Source of the DNA: Eledone cirrhosa
Lineage: Eukaryota
DNA length: 64,000 bases
Assembly (NCBI GenBank): GCA_964016885.1
Contig: OZ024742.1
Span: forward strand, 360,096,001-360,160,000
Direction: 5' to 3'
Made by a program: the position numbers and the translations under genes. Below the pieces are notes generated by a model. That model worked only from the letters and a program-made list of their open reading frames with translations, had not been told where the DNA came from and searched no databases. Shown piece by piece: positions 41,742-55,176 of this stretch. Positions within the stretch are counted from its first letter, which is position 1; each line of letters begins with the position of its first letter.

Positions 41742-41940
41742 AGTTGCAATGTCACTGGTGCCAAGTTGTATCAGCCATTGTCTTTCCCTTGGACAACATC
41801 GGTGACATGGAGAAGAGGAGAGAATGGTATGCATGGGAGACTGTTGGTCTTCTACAAACAACCTTTCCCGGACTTGTGCCTTAGAGGGGAACTTTCTAGG
41901 TAGAAATCCCATGGTCATTTGTGACAGAAGGGGGTCTTTT
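41742..41940 (+). mobile_element. SINE group A, 3' part
   Basis: Begins with a 58-bp repeat of 38807-38864, then continues as non-satellite tail to GGGGGTCTTT. Confidence 0.6.
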
Positions 41941-42429
41941 ACTTACGTTGTTCAAATATACAAAGTAAACGTTTGTTACCAGTAGAAATTCACCAAATTC
42001 CTGTTTCTAAGAATTCCCTTCCTCTATTTTTCTATTACGGTAATCACCTCAGTATATATTTCATCTTGGCATCAAATAACTGATCTTCTTTTCTCTTTTG
42101 TTTTTGTTGTTGAAATCTCTCTATCAGGAATAATAAATCGCCGAATGTCTGACTCACTTTCATTTCATCTCCTGTTATTTTCTCTCTTTATCTCAATTTA
42201 TCTATTTAGAGAAATATAGCGCCGCTCAAAAAAATGTTTCTTTCATATCTTTTTTCTTTTCTATTCTCTCTTCTTTTTTTCGGTGTTGTTTTCCAACCAT
42301 TATTCAAAACCTTTATTTACATTAGTATTTCACATAATAAATAGAAAAAGAAAAAAATAATAATGAGAAAAGCGGGAAAGAGGAAGGGAGAAGACAGACT
42401 CTACACTCCAAGCCAGGCTGCATATCAAC

Positions 42430-42655
42430 TGCATCCGCTAACAAAATGGCGAAAGTATTGCCTTGTAGAACATCCAGCGACACCCGCTACATCACCCACT
42501 CAAGCGAGATGATACACTCCTCTCGATTTTTGGTTGTGGGGGGAAAACGCCAACAGTCACTGAGTGAACTGAGGAGACTGGAGATTCTCGAAGGTGGCTG
42601 GCACGGTAAAAAAAGCGGTCAGTCAAGTCCCGGTACTTGGATTCTCCTTTTCTGT
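42430..42655 (-). mobile_element. Diverged CRE-like 3' fragment
   Basis: Minus-strand pieces KYRDLTDRF and EWVM*RVSLDVLQGNTFAILLADAV align to KYRSFSDRF and EWLFQRISLAVLRGNAFSILSAGAV of the copy at 50197. Confidence 0.55.
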
Positions 42656-42658
42656 GAA

Positions 42659-42958
42659 AAGGCGGCGAATTGGCAGAATTGTTAAGATGGCGGATAGAAT
42701 ACTTTACGGTATCCGTCCCACCTCATTGCACTGTCTGAGTTCAAATCCCACCGTGGTCAACTTTGCCTTTAATCCTTTCGTGGGCGATAAAAAAAAGTAC
42801 CAGTCTAGTAGTGGGGTCGAATCTTCCTCTATAGAAAAAATCGGCTGTGTTCAGACCTGGAGAGGGTTGGGCTCCACCAGGTTTAGAAGTGCCCTAGACA
42901 CACCGTATGACAGTGCCTTTACGACTCCACAAGGAGTTTTGGGATCTTTATCCTTATA
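42659..42958 (+). mobile_element. SINE group B, long tail
   Basis: GGCGGCGAATTGGCAGAATTGTT head, GAGTTCAAATCCC B box and Meta-like core. Confidence 0.8.
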
Positions 42959-43059
42959 TCTTTGATGAGAGAAGTGGCTGCCATAACTACAGTAAAATTA
43001 TATTTCGCCAAAGAGGTTTTTTTTCTTCCGTTCTTGACACGAAGATCTCGGAATGTTAA

Positions 43060-43290
43060 CCTTTTCTTTGCCATATTTCTAATAAAAATTATTGTTTATG
43101 ATTTTCGGATAATTTTAAAAATAATCAAGAATTTGAAGGAATTTACTAATATAAGACACATCCTCATTGGTAAGCAAATGTTTCCAGCATAACAATGGTT
43201 CTTATATAAAATTATAAAGCAAGGTTTTACTATTAATATAAACATTTTAAAATAAACAGTTTTGTATTCGTATCGTAGAAGCAGGGGCAC
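43060..43290. mobile_element. piggyBac-type MITE remnant
   Basis: TTAA|CCTTTTCTTTGCCATATTTCTAATAAAA; reverse-complement similarity to 38260-38490. Confidence 0.45.
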
Positions 43291-43469
43291 CTCATACATG
43301 CCAAAAAATACAAGCACACATGCGTGTACATACATGTGTGTGTGGTGGTGGTGGGGGGGGGGGGTCTGTGTGTGTATGTATAATATGAGAAAGAGAGGAA
43401 GAGAGAAATATATGCATATGTGAGTGAGTGTACATATACACATATATATATATGCACACTCACATATGC

Positions 43470-43533
<64 letters not shown>

Positions 43534-44046
43534 TGTAGTTATGCAAGTACACACAATAATATATAAATATACTTATAAGGTTACACTTATATATGTGTGT
43601 GTATGTGTGTACCTCTGTGTGTCTGTGTGTGTATGTCTGTGTGTGTGTATGTCTGTGTGTGTGTGTGTGTGTGTGCACGCGTGTGTATACACCCATACTA
43701 AAACCTATATACATTTATTAAAATACAAAATGTGCACCCACACCGGAATTACTCACTTGTACAAACAAAAGAATATATTTTTAACCATTTTGCCAAACAG
43801 ATAACTGATGTTGGCATTGGAATCTTATGAGTCACATTGGTTGACGAGGGTGGTGTTAGCTTGCTTCAAAACAAAATGTCCAATTTGGTGATGTACTTGA
43901 GGATTAGTAAAACAGTGAAATTCCAGATGAGATTCCTGAGAAGAATGGACAAGCGTTCTTGTATTGTATGTGTGAATACGTATGTAACATAATGTATGTG
44001 TATATGAATGTCTATATAATGTATGTAGGTATGTATGAATATATAA

Positions 44047-44137
44047 TTGTTTCTACTTTTGGCACAAGGCCAGCAATTATCCCAGTGCATTACTGGTACT
44101 TTATTTTATCGACCCCGTAAGGATGAAAAGCAAAGTT
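44047..44137 (-). mobile_element. SINE group B 3' fragment, short tail
   Basis: Nearly identical to the reverse complement of 48790-48880. Confidence 0.7.
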
Positions 44138-44380
44138 ATATGTGCGTATGTAATGTATATGTGTGTGTGCGTATAAATATATATGCACGTTTGCATGTAT
44201 ACATTTCTATGTATATACATATGTACGTATACATATATGCATGTATGTATATATGTATATATGTATGTATGCATACACTTATGTTTGTGTGTATGTACGT
44301 ATGCATGTATATATGTATATATGCATGTATATATATATGTATATATGCATATATATACGTATGCATGTATATATGTATAT

Positions 44381-45060
44381 ATGCTTTATATCTGGAGATC
44401 TCTCTGCACTTGTCATCACGTGGTACCATGGGCCCAGCACTATGTGTCAATAATTGTTACAAGTGTAGTGTTTGTACCAGAGTCTTCAAGTCGCAGGTAG
44501 GACTAAAAAGTCCCACTCGTTCAGCGCATCGGTAGGGGTTCTCCTACATGGATATAAAGTAGTGGCCGTACTCGAAAACGAGTTGGCAGCCACCATATAT
44601 GTATGTATGTAAGTATGTATATATATACATATATGTATATACATATGTATGTCAGGTCACTCTCGAGTGCTACTGGTAACATGTAACCCAGTACAACCTG
44701 TCTCATGGTCGTTGGTGACTAAACCGGCCACCCCACCAAGCTATCTTGGTGAGGAGGGGGGGGGGGGTGATATTTGGACACCCTGTGGGATGAAATACAA
44801 GACCCGGCAAAGGGCGGAGGAACTCAGCAGAGCCAACCGCCATCCAAATAGTATTTTTTTTTTTTCACCAGTTGTTGTCACAACACCTCTCTAAGAGGGA
44901 AACTCTGAAAATAACCTGCGGCTTCGGAAGCATCCGATGATGTTGACCAGTTCTCCGTTTCGGGTAGTGTTTTCGTTGCTCAGAGAGTGGGATTGGTCGA
45001 GTGCAAGGCTTTTCCCCACTTAAAAAACCTTCAAAGCACAGACATTGCTTGTTCAGGATC
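44381..45060 (+). mobile_element. RTE-derived non-autonomous element pieces: a 3' end (44381-44595), then the 5' part of a diverged relative (44651-45060)
   Basis: Homologous to the ~610-bp units at 58.1-61.5 kb. Encodes the C2H2 remnant [22 protein letters not shown]. Confidence 0.7.
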
Positions 45061-45497
45061 CGTTAGAGGTTCGTGTGACTGGCCGTAGCCTAAAAGTGCA
45101 CCAAACTCTATAATCTGACAAGCGATTGCAATACTCTTAGTAGAGTTTGCAGCCATCATGTATGTATACATGTATATATGCATACATACATTTATACATA
45201 CACACATGTATGTATGTATAAATATATATGTGTGTGTAACTGACTGACTTAAGAAGTATTGCGAAACTTTGAAATGTGCAATGTGTGCGTCTCAACGCAA
45301 GTGACATTAATAATAGTTGATCACTATACAACATCGTTGAAAAAATCAGTAAAAGTACGACGGGTGGTGGAGGAAGTTTTATCGGGGGCTTCTGACCCTT
45401 GTTTTACCATTTCCGGGGATACTTTTCCCGATTTTCTCAACTATTATTTATAGTGATCAACTATAATTATGATAATTTGTGTTGGGGCGCGCACGCA

Positions 45498-45541
<44 letters not shown>

Positions 45542-45570
45542 TATATATATATTTATATATATATATATAT

Positions 45571-45711
45571 ACATCAAGTTTAATATAGAAATGGCTTCTA
45601 CAGAACTACAACTGTTTCATTCAGAAGAAATCATCAGGACTTTCCTAATGATTTCTTCTGAATGAAACATTTCTAGTTCTGTAGAAGCCATTTCTACATT
45701 AAACTTGATGT
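45571..45711. repeat. 141-bp near-perfect palindrome containing a hammerhead-like core (probable Penelope pLTR inversion)
   Basis: ACATCAAGTTTAATATAGAAATGGCTTCTACAGAACTA...CATCAGGA-CTT-TCCTAATG...TAGTTCTGTAGAAGCCATTTCTACATTAAACTTGATGT. Confidence 0.85.
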
Positions 45712-45776
45712 TTACACTCTAATAATGTATTGAGTACCTTACTAACTGAGATTACCCCCAATTAAACCCGGAACTC

Positions 45777-45807
<31 letters not shown>

Positions 45808-46100
45808 CGTGTGCAAATGATTATCACACAATATTCTATATATACTATAGTCTATTTCATGCCAGTATGTTTTGAGTGAGTGTCAGCGATGAAAGATTAA
45901 CAAATCTTGAAACAGCGCTGTCTGACATTCTCAGAAAATAATGGCAACTCTGTGATATATTCACAAAGGGAAATAGAAACAAATAATTTTTTCTTTCGTT
46001 ACGAAAAGCTATTTTTCTTCGGCAGCGAAGCTACGCATATGTTTTATATATGTTTATATATATTCTCATATACACTTCTTAAATGCTGTCTTAGTACTAC

Positions 46101-46158
<58 letters not shown>

Positions 46159-46410
46159 ATGTGTGTGTGTGTGTGAATTTTCTCTAAATGACTGACTGAA
46201 TGCACACAGAATCTTTTTTAAAAGTATTTTCCCCGTTCTTCCCTCTTCTCACTCTATATCTTTCTATTTCATCTTTTCTCATTTTATCTTCTGATGAATC
46301 ACTATTGTCTGAAACGTAATCACTCTTTTCCTGCTATATCAAACATTAAACTAATATATTTATTCATTATACTGTGTTGTTTGCTTTGTTGTGTCCGTTT
46401 ACCAAATGAA

Positions 46411-46593
46411 GTGTACCTGTCATGCAATGGGCCTGCCTGGCCACACACTGTATTACACTGAATCTCGTTGAGAATTGCGTTAAGGTTAGGCGTGTCTGAG
46501 GAATGTTCAGCCATTTTCACGTTAACTTTATGCGCAGGCTGCTCTGTTGATCGAACAACTGGAGCACTCTTCGTCAAAACCGACGCAGGTCCA
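46411..46593 (+). mobile_element. SINE group A 3' half, diverged
   Basis: Aligns by eye to 47113-47294. Confidence 0.55.
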
Positions 46594-46972
46594 TTCCATT
46601 CCATTTCTAAACTATTTCAAGTCAACACAACCGGGGCCAATTAAATCTAACAAAGCACATCCCAACACGGGTCCTTGTTCCTATGTTCCAGCGTCTAATA
46701 AAATATTGGTTTTTATTTTAAGTAGAAAGCCAGTAGTTTTAAATGAGAGGGTAAAGTTGATTGTATCAACTTGAGTACTTGACTTGTACTTTATTGATCT
46801 AGAAAGAATGGGAGATAAAGCTGACCCCTCAGAGGAATTTCAACTCAAACACTAAAAGCCGTGACTAAATTCCATAAAACATTTAACATTTTAATGATTC
46901 TGCCAATTTACCTTCCTTGATCTCTAATTTAATCACATCCAACATTTTTTGGCGGGAGAGTAAGTCAGTTGA

Positions 46973-47294
46973 GAAGGTGCGTGGCTTTGTGGTTAGGGTA
47001 TTCGGCTCAACATCGTAAAATCGTGAGTTCCATTTTCGGCGGCGCGTTATATTCTTGAGCAAGATAATTTATTTCACGTTGCTCCAGTCCACTCAGTTGG
47101 CAAAAATGAGTTCTACCTGTAATTCGAAGGGCCAGCCTTGTCACACTCTGTGTCATTGTGAATTTCTTTGAGAACTACGTTAAGGGTATGCGTGTTTGTG
47201 GAATGCTCAACCACTTGCACGTTAATTTCACAAGCAGACTCTTCCATTGGTCGTATCAACAGGAATACTCGTCGTCGTAACCGACGGAGTGCCA
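46973..47294 (+). mobile_element. SINE group A, apparently full length
   Basis: GTGGCTTTGTGGTTAG A box, decayed B box, TCTTGAGCAAG..TTTCACGTTGCTCCAGTCCACTCAG core; tail ends AACCGACGGAGTGCCA. Confidence 0.75.
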
Positions 47295-47706
47295 TCAGTG
47301 CTTGGTTGGTACTATATTTTATCGACCCCAGCTTATCCTTTTCAACAAATCTAGCCACGGAGAAAGATAATTCCAACGCAGCAGTTACCAAACTAGAAAT
47401 ACAAAATCTCATTATAAATATAGAACAATAAAATAACTGTAAATTTGTGTCTCAAGATTCAAGGACGTTTCTGGGATAACTTGGAGAAATGGTAAAAGTA
47501 TTGAAAAAGTGAAGAAAAAATTTAAAAGGTTTATAGATGATTTTATACTTAGACTTATAAAAAGACACTTTGAACAGGCAGATGTCTTTGTGTTAATAAA
47601 TTGTAGAGATATATCTTAGCCTAATGTTGAACAAACTATAGTTAAGATCAACAATTGGTCACGTTTTCACCTCTGAAAATTATGTTAAGCCAAAGTATAA
47701 CCACGC

Positions 47707-47938
47707 GTGGCAGTGGAGTCTTTTGGTGTCCTCGGTCCTAAGGCTACCTCCCTACTCACCACCAGAGGCGCTGAGCTGGTCAGCCGCAGGTGTGAACTTG
47801 GCGAGTTGGAATGTCTTTTCCAGTGCGTCTCCCTTGCCGTCCTCCGGGGAAACGCCTTCTCCATTCTGTCCTCTGGGGCTGTGGGGAGGCCACCAATATG
47901 ATTGACTGACTTGTCATTTCATCAGTCAGATGTTCTAA
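47707..47938 (+). mobile_element. CRE-like 3' fragment with 3' UTR stem-loop
   Basis: AVESFGVLGP..LECLFQCVSLAVLRGNAFSIL. The UTR has a CTGACT..AGTCAG hairpin shared with the copy at 50197. Confidence 0.75.
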
Positions 47939-47940
47939 TG

Positions 47941-48011
<71 letters not shown>

Positions 48012-48147
48012 AAAGACGTAAAAGAAGAAAATATTTAAAAAAAAAATTTTTTTTAAATTTTTTACTTACTTACTTAAACCACCTAGGTACTATGACATAA
48101 CCTGTGTATTTGCTGGCATGGGCGTGCATCTGTGTGCTTATGTTAGT

Positions 48148-48245
<98 letters not shown>

Positions 48246-48691
48246 TTCGTATATAGGTAATCATCATTAACATACCTATCAACGAACAATAAAAGACAAG
48301 TTTCATCTCGCTTATTTGTTCCAACAATTTCCTTCTTTCAGCTCCTTATACCTCTCTTAACCAAATTATTTACTTATGTCAAAAGGGAATGGAAAAAAAT
48401 GTAAATTTTAAACATTTTAAAAATTCATTTTATGAAAAAAATCTCTTTATATCGCCCAGCCAAGTGTATAGAGTTTACCCCCGTCCCTCCACCCTTTCAC
48501 CCCTTCACCCTTTCACCCTTTCCCTCTTTTCCTTATTTAACTCCCATACCCCACCAGTCTTATTTCTCTTTTTTCTCTCTTCCTCTTTATTATTTTAATC
48601 CATTTTTTAAAATACTTTCATAATTATATACTTCTCTTCAACAATAAATTTGTCTAAGTATAAAAACAAAATTATTATTTCTACCCTGGTA

Positions 48692-48884
48692 TGGCGATGG
48701 ATTGGCAGTATCAGTAGAGGGTCGGACGCCATGCTTTGACGCATAGAGTTATGGCCTTTTCCATTCTGAGTTCAAATCCCGCCAATGTTAACTTTGCCTT
48801 TCATCCTTACGGGGTCGATAAAATAAAGTACCAGTAATGCACTGGGTAATTGCTGGCCTTGTGCCAAAAGTAGAAACAATTATT
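48692..48884 (+). mobile_element. SINE group B, short tail
   Basis: B box GAGTTCAAATCCC, GCCTTTCATCCTTACGGGGTCGATAAAATAAAGTACCAG core, tail GCTGGCCTTGTGCCAAAAGTAGAAAC. Confidence 0.8.
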
Positions 48885-49024
48885 TCTACCATGGTAAATA
48901 TTTCTGTATTTCCCCCTTCTTTTGGTGCTCTATTCATGTACATGTTTAACTGTTTTGATACAAGATCATTTGAACCCACCCGTGGTTATATTACATGTAA
49001 CTGGTTGTTTTAAAGTGTTGCTTG

Positions 49025-49293
49025 TATGTATAGCCACGTATCTCCTGGGGAGTTGTTGAGGCGTTGATTCATATACAGTGTTTCTAGGGTATTTTTTAGA
49101 ACCTGGTGGAGTCCATCTCCTCTCCAGGTCTCAATAAAGCAGATTTCTTCGATTGAAGGATAGAAAGAGTGAGAGAAAGGAAGTGAGAAAGAGATATAGA
49201 GAAGAAATCGACCCCAGTACTTCACTGGTACTTTATTTATCGACCTTGAAGGGATGAAAGACAATGTGCTAACGAATCTGCCAATTCACCGCT
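49025..49293 (-). mobile_element. SINE group B, long tail, degraded
   Basis: Contains AACCTGGTGGAG..TCCAGGTC and GGTACTTTATTTATCGACC..GGATGAAAG. Confidence 0.6.
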
Positions 49294-49375
49294 TCTTTGA
49301 AGTGTTCATGTTTACCTAAAAAACTTCCATCTTAATTTTATGTAAGAACTTTTGAAAAGTTATGTTCCAAACACC

Positions 49376-49450
49376 ATTTCCAGCGCGTCTCCCTTGCCGT
49401 CCTCCGGGGAAACGCCTTCTCCCTTCTGTCCGTCGGGGCTGTGGGGAGAC
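49376..49450 (+). mobile_element. CRE-like short 3' fragment
   Basis: TTTCCAGCGCGTCTCCCTTGCCGTCCTCCGGGGAAACGCCTTCTCC is nearly identical to 47817-47862. Confidence 0.7.
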
Positions 49451-50196
49451 AAGCCGATATATGACGAATTCTGTTGAATAGTCTTAGATACTTCAATAAT
49501 TTGAGAAGTGTTTGTTATTCTAAATATAGTTTTTAAAGAATTCCCTTTTCTTTAAACCCATCAACCAATGACCTCCACCCATCCCAATCACCGCCCTCTC
49601 CTACCACCAGAAAAGATATAAATAGCACCATATTACTTGGACAGTCAGCTTTATATCACTAAATCCCTTCAAATTCTTGATTATTTGAAAACTACAGGCA
49701 GTGCATCTCATTAGAAATATGTTAATGAAAAAATTAATGCTTAATCTGGGTTTGATACACAACAGCATTCCAATACTAATTTTAGTCATTATCTGTTTTC
49801 TAAAAAAATACCAGGTAGAGGGGGGGGGGGGATGGTACACTTGCTATAATCTTCGGTTATCCACAAAACCTAAAAGTTGGCACTTAATGTTGTCTAGTGT
49901 TAAGGTGACTGATTATAAATCATTACCATTGTCTACATGATCAGTCTGTGTCTAAAGAGCACATCCTTCGGCAGGTTTTGGTGTCCGGTTGGGTGGCTTC
50001 AGAATATTCTTGATGCGCCCTTTAATTCCAAAGGATCATATTTCATGAAGTGTGTTTTATGAACTCTATTTTCTTAAACCTCGTCGTCAGGACCTCTGGT
50101 GACCTTGATCCCCAAATTATTGGGAGGAAGCCCCATAAGGTGGAATGGTGTATTCAACATCCAGATCGATGTGAATTAGTCAATGGTAGAAATCAA

Positions 50197-50630
50197 TAGA
50201 ACATCTGACTGATGAAATGACAAGTCAGTCAATCATATTGATGGCCTCCCCACAGCCCCGGCAGACAGAATGGAGAAGGCATTTCCCCGGAGGACGGCAA
50301 GGGAGATGCGCTGGAAAAGCCATTCCAACTCAGGAGGCTTACACCTGCGGCTGGCCAGCTCAGCACCTATGGTGGTGAGTAGGGAGGTAGCCCTAGGGCC
50401 AAGGACACCAGAGGTCTGCCAAGGGTACAGCTGCAAACCTGTCGGAGAACGACCGGTACTTCAAGAGTTTGGCCTCCTCAGCCCCCCGACCTGCAGCAGA
50501 ACCTGGGTTAGCCGCAGACTGCACCAGGTTGCGGCTGGAGATGTAGCATGTATCGCCGGTTGATACTGCAACAATGCTTTCGCCATCTTCAATGCGGGGC
50601 GCAACAGAGATACACCACCAACCCTGGGTG
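50197..50630 (-). mobile_element. CRE-like non-LTR retrotransposon 3' fragment (longest copy, frameshifted RLE)
   Basis: ..NPGSAA..EEAKLLKYRSFSDRF..TSGVLGPRATSLL..WLFQRISLAVLRGNAFSIL resembles the CRE C-terminus (AE..K..KY; ETLG; QRISLAVQRGNA). Confidence 0.75.
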
Positions 50631-50832
50631 GCGGCATCTTCCCCACCCTTCCCTTCTTTGCCTTTCTTTCGAGATTCATTTTTCTTTATTTTTCTTCATT
50701 TTTCTTTTCGTTTTTTTTTTTTACTGAAACGATGTTGTTTTGTTAAACATAAAGAAAATTAAATTCTCATTTTTTATAAAGATCTAAATCTAAGTTAGCA
50801 CCTTGTAACAACCAGGGGGAGGTTTAGTCCCA

Positions 50833-53800
50833 AACACTCACACAGTACAACACAACCCCACACAGTACCACACAGTCCAACACCGTACCACACAAACCCA
50901 CAGTACCACACAGTATCACACAAACCCACAGTACCACACAGTACCACACAGTACCACACAGTAGCATACAGTACCACACAGTCCCACACAAACCCACAGT
51001 ACAACACAGTACCACACAGTACCACACAGTACCACACAACCCCACACAGTACCACACAGTACCACATAGTACCACACAGTCGCACACAGTACCACACAGT
51101 ACCACACAGTACCACACAAACCCACAGTACAACACAGTACCACACAGTACCACACAGTCCCACACAGTACAACACAGTACCACACAGTACCACACAGTCC
51201 CACACAACCCCACACAGTACCACACAGTACCACACAAACCCACAGTACCACACAGTCGCACACAGTACCACACAGTACCACACAGTACCACACAGTACCA
51301 CACAGTACCACACAAACCCACACAGTACCACACAAACCCACACAGTACCACACAGTACCACACAACCCCACACAGTACCACACAAACCCACAGAGTACCA
51401 CACAGTACCACACAAACCCACACAGTACCACACAAACCCACACAGTACCACACAGTACCACACAGTACCACACAGTACCACACAGTACCACACAAACCCA
51501 CACAGTACCACACAGTACCACACAGCCCCACACAGTACCACACAACCCCACAAGTCCCACACAGTACCACACAATCCCACACAGTCTCACACAGTACCAC
51601 ACAACCCCGCACAGTCTCACACAGTACCACACAACCCCGCACAGTCTCACACAGTACCACACAAACCAACACAGTCCCACACTATCCCACACAGTACCAC
51701 ACAAACCCACACAGTCCCACACAGTACCACACAACCCCGCACAGTCTCACACAGTACCACACAAACCAACACAGTCCCACACTATCCCTCACAGTACCAC
51801 ACAGTCCCACACAGTACCACACAGTCCCACACAGTACCACACAACTCCACGCAGTCCCACACAATCCCCCACAGTACCACACAGTACCCCACAGTACCAC
51901 ACAGTACCACACAACCCCACACAGTACTACACAGTACCACACAACCCCGCACAGTCCCACACTATCCCACACAGTACCACACAGTCCCACACAGTACCAC
52001 ACAGTACCACACAACCCCGCACAGTCCCACACTATCCCACACAGTACCACACAGTCCCACACAGTACTACACAGTACCACACAACCCCGCACAGTCCCAC
52101 ACTATCCCACACAGTACCACACAGTCCCACACTATCCCACACAGTACCACACAGTCCCACACAGTACCACACAGTCCCACACAGTACCACACAACTCCAC
52201 GCAGTCCCACACAGTACCACACAACCCCACACAGTACCACACTGTCCCACACAGTACCACACAGTACCACACTGTCCCACACAGTACCACACAGTACCAC
52301 ACAGTACCACACAGTACTACACAGTACCACACAAACCCACACAGTACCACACAGTACCACACCGTACCACACAGTACCACACTGTCCCACACAGTACCAC
52401 ACAACCCCATACAGTACCACACTGTCCCACACAGTACCCCACAGTACCACACAGTACCACACAACCCCACACAGTACCACACAGTACCACACAGTACTAC
52501 ACAGTACCACACAAACCCACACAGTCCCACACTATCCCACACAGTACCACACAGTCCCACACAGTACCACACAGTCCCACACAGTACCACACAGTACCAC
52601 ACAACCCCACGCAGTCCCACACAATCCCCCACAGTACCACACAGTACCCCACAGTACCACACAGTACCACACAACCCCACACAGTACCACACAGTACCAC
52701 ACAGTACTACACAGTGCCACACAACCCCGCACAGTCCCACACTATCCCACACAGTACCACACAGTCCCACACAGTACCACACAGTCCCACACAGTACCAC
52801 ACAACTCCACGCAGTCCCACACAATCCCCCACAGTACCACACAGTACCCCACAGTACCACACAGTACCACACAACCCCACACAGTACCACACAGTACCAC
52901 ACAGTACTACACAGTACCACACAACCCCGCACAGTCCCACACTATCCCACACAGTACCACACAGTACCACACAGTACCACACAGTACCACACAGTCCCAC
53001 ACTGTCCCACACAATCCCACACAGTCCCACACAGTACCACACAGTCCCACACAGTACCACACAGTCCCACACAGTACCACACAGTACCACACAGTACCAC
53101 ACAGTCCCACACTGTCCCACACAATCCCACACAGTCCCACACAATCCCCCACAGTACCACACAGTACCCCACAGTACCACACAGTACCACACAACCCCAC
53201 ACAGTACCACACAGTACCACACAGTACCACACAGTACCACACAACCCCACACAGTACCACACAGTACCACACAGTACTACACAGTACCACACAGTACCAC
53301 ACAGTACTACACAGTACCACACAAACCCACACAGTCCCACACTATCCCACACAGTACCACACCGTACCACACAGTACCACACTGTCCCACACAGTACCAC
53401 ACAACCCCACACAGTACCACACTGTCCCACACAGTACCCCACAGTACCACACAGTACCACACAACCCCACACAGTACCACACAGTACCACACAGTACTAC
53501 ACAGTACCACACAAACCCACACAGTCCCACACTATCCCACACAGTACCACACCGTACCACACAGTACCACACTGTCCCACACAGTACCACACAACTCCAC
53601 ACAGTCCCACACAGTACCACACAACCCCACACAGTACCACACAGTACCCCACAGTACCCCACAGTACCACACAACCCACACAGTACCACATAGTACCACA
53701 CAGTACCACACAAACCCACACAGTCCCACACTATCCCACACAGTACCACACAGTCCCACACAGTCCCACACAGTACCACACAGTCCAACACAATACCACA

Positions 53801-55088
53801 AAACCCCTCAAAGTCCCACACAGTACCACACAGTACCACACAACCCACACAGTACCACACAGTACCACACAGTCCCACACAGTACCACACAGTCCCACAC
53901 AGTCCCACACAGTACCACACAGTTCCACACAACCCCACACAGTACCACACAGTACCACACAGTACCACACAGTCCCACACAGTCCAACACAATACCACAC
54001 AACCCCTCACAGTCCCACACAGTACCACACAGTACCACACAACCCACACAACCCCACACAGTACCCCACAGTACCACACAGTACCACACAACCCCACACA
54101 GTACTACACAGTACCACACAAACCCACACAGTCCCACACTATCCCACACAGTACCACACCGTACCACACAGTACCACACTGTCCCACACAGTACCACACA
54201 ACCCCACACAGTCCCACACAGTACCACACAACCCCCCACAGTACCACACAGTACCACACAGTACCACACAACCCCACACAGTACCACACAACCCCACAAC
54301 TCCCACACAGTACCACACAACCCCACACAGTACCACACAATCCCATACAGTACCACACAACCCCGCACAGTCCCACACAGTACCACACAAATCCACACAG
54401 TACCACACTATCCCTCACAGTACCACACAGTCCCACACAGTACCACAGAGTCCCACACAGTACCACACAACTCCACACAGTCCCACACAGTACCACACAA
54501 CCCCACACAGTACCACACAGTACCCCACAGTACCACACAGTACCACACAACCCACACAGTACCACATAGTACCACACAGTACCACACAAACCCACACAGT
54601 ACCACACAACTCCACACAGTCCCACACAGTACCACACAACCCCACACAGTACCACACAGTACCGCACAGTACCACACAGTCCCACACAGTACCACACAGT
54701 CCCACACAGTACCACACAGTCCCACACAACCCCACACAGTACCACACAGTACCACACAAACCCACACAGTCCCACACTATCCCACACAGTACCACACAGT
54801 ACCACACAGTCCCACACAGTACCACACAGTCCCACACAACCCCACACAGTACCACACAGTACCACACAGTCCCACACAGTACCACACAGTCCCACACAAC
54901 CCCACACAGTACCACACAGTACCACACAGTACCACACAGTCCCACACAGTCCCACACAGTCCAACACAATACCACACAACCCCTCACAGTCCCACACAGT
55001 ACCACACAGTACCACACAACCCACACAGTACCACACAACCCCACGCATCCCACACAGTCCCACACAGTACCACATAGTCCCACACAGT
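50833..55088. repeat. 10-bp C/A-rich satellite
   Basis: Unit CACACAGTAC with variants CACACAGTCC, CACACAACCC and CACACTATCC. Confidence 0.97.
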
Positions 55089-55176
55089 CTCTCCCTCCAA
55101 CCCCCCTCAGGTTTACTAAAGAGGAAATGTATGGCAGACAAGCGACCTTTTCACCCGATCTCCTCTAGCACTAGCT

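Noticed and set aside
38792-41918. Tyr/Ile-rich ORFs of 990 and 1033 aa
   Set aside because: Translation of the 42-bp minisatellite flanked by SINE sequence.
49930-50195. Coding-looking unique sequence
   Set aside because: Stops occur in the frames checked and no recognisable motif or splice pair was found.
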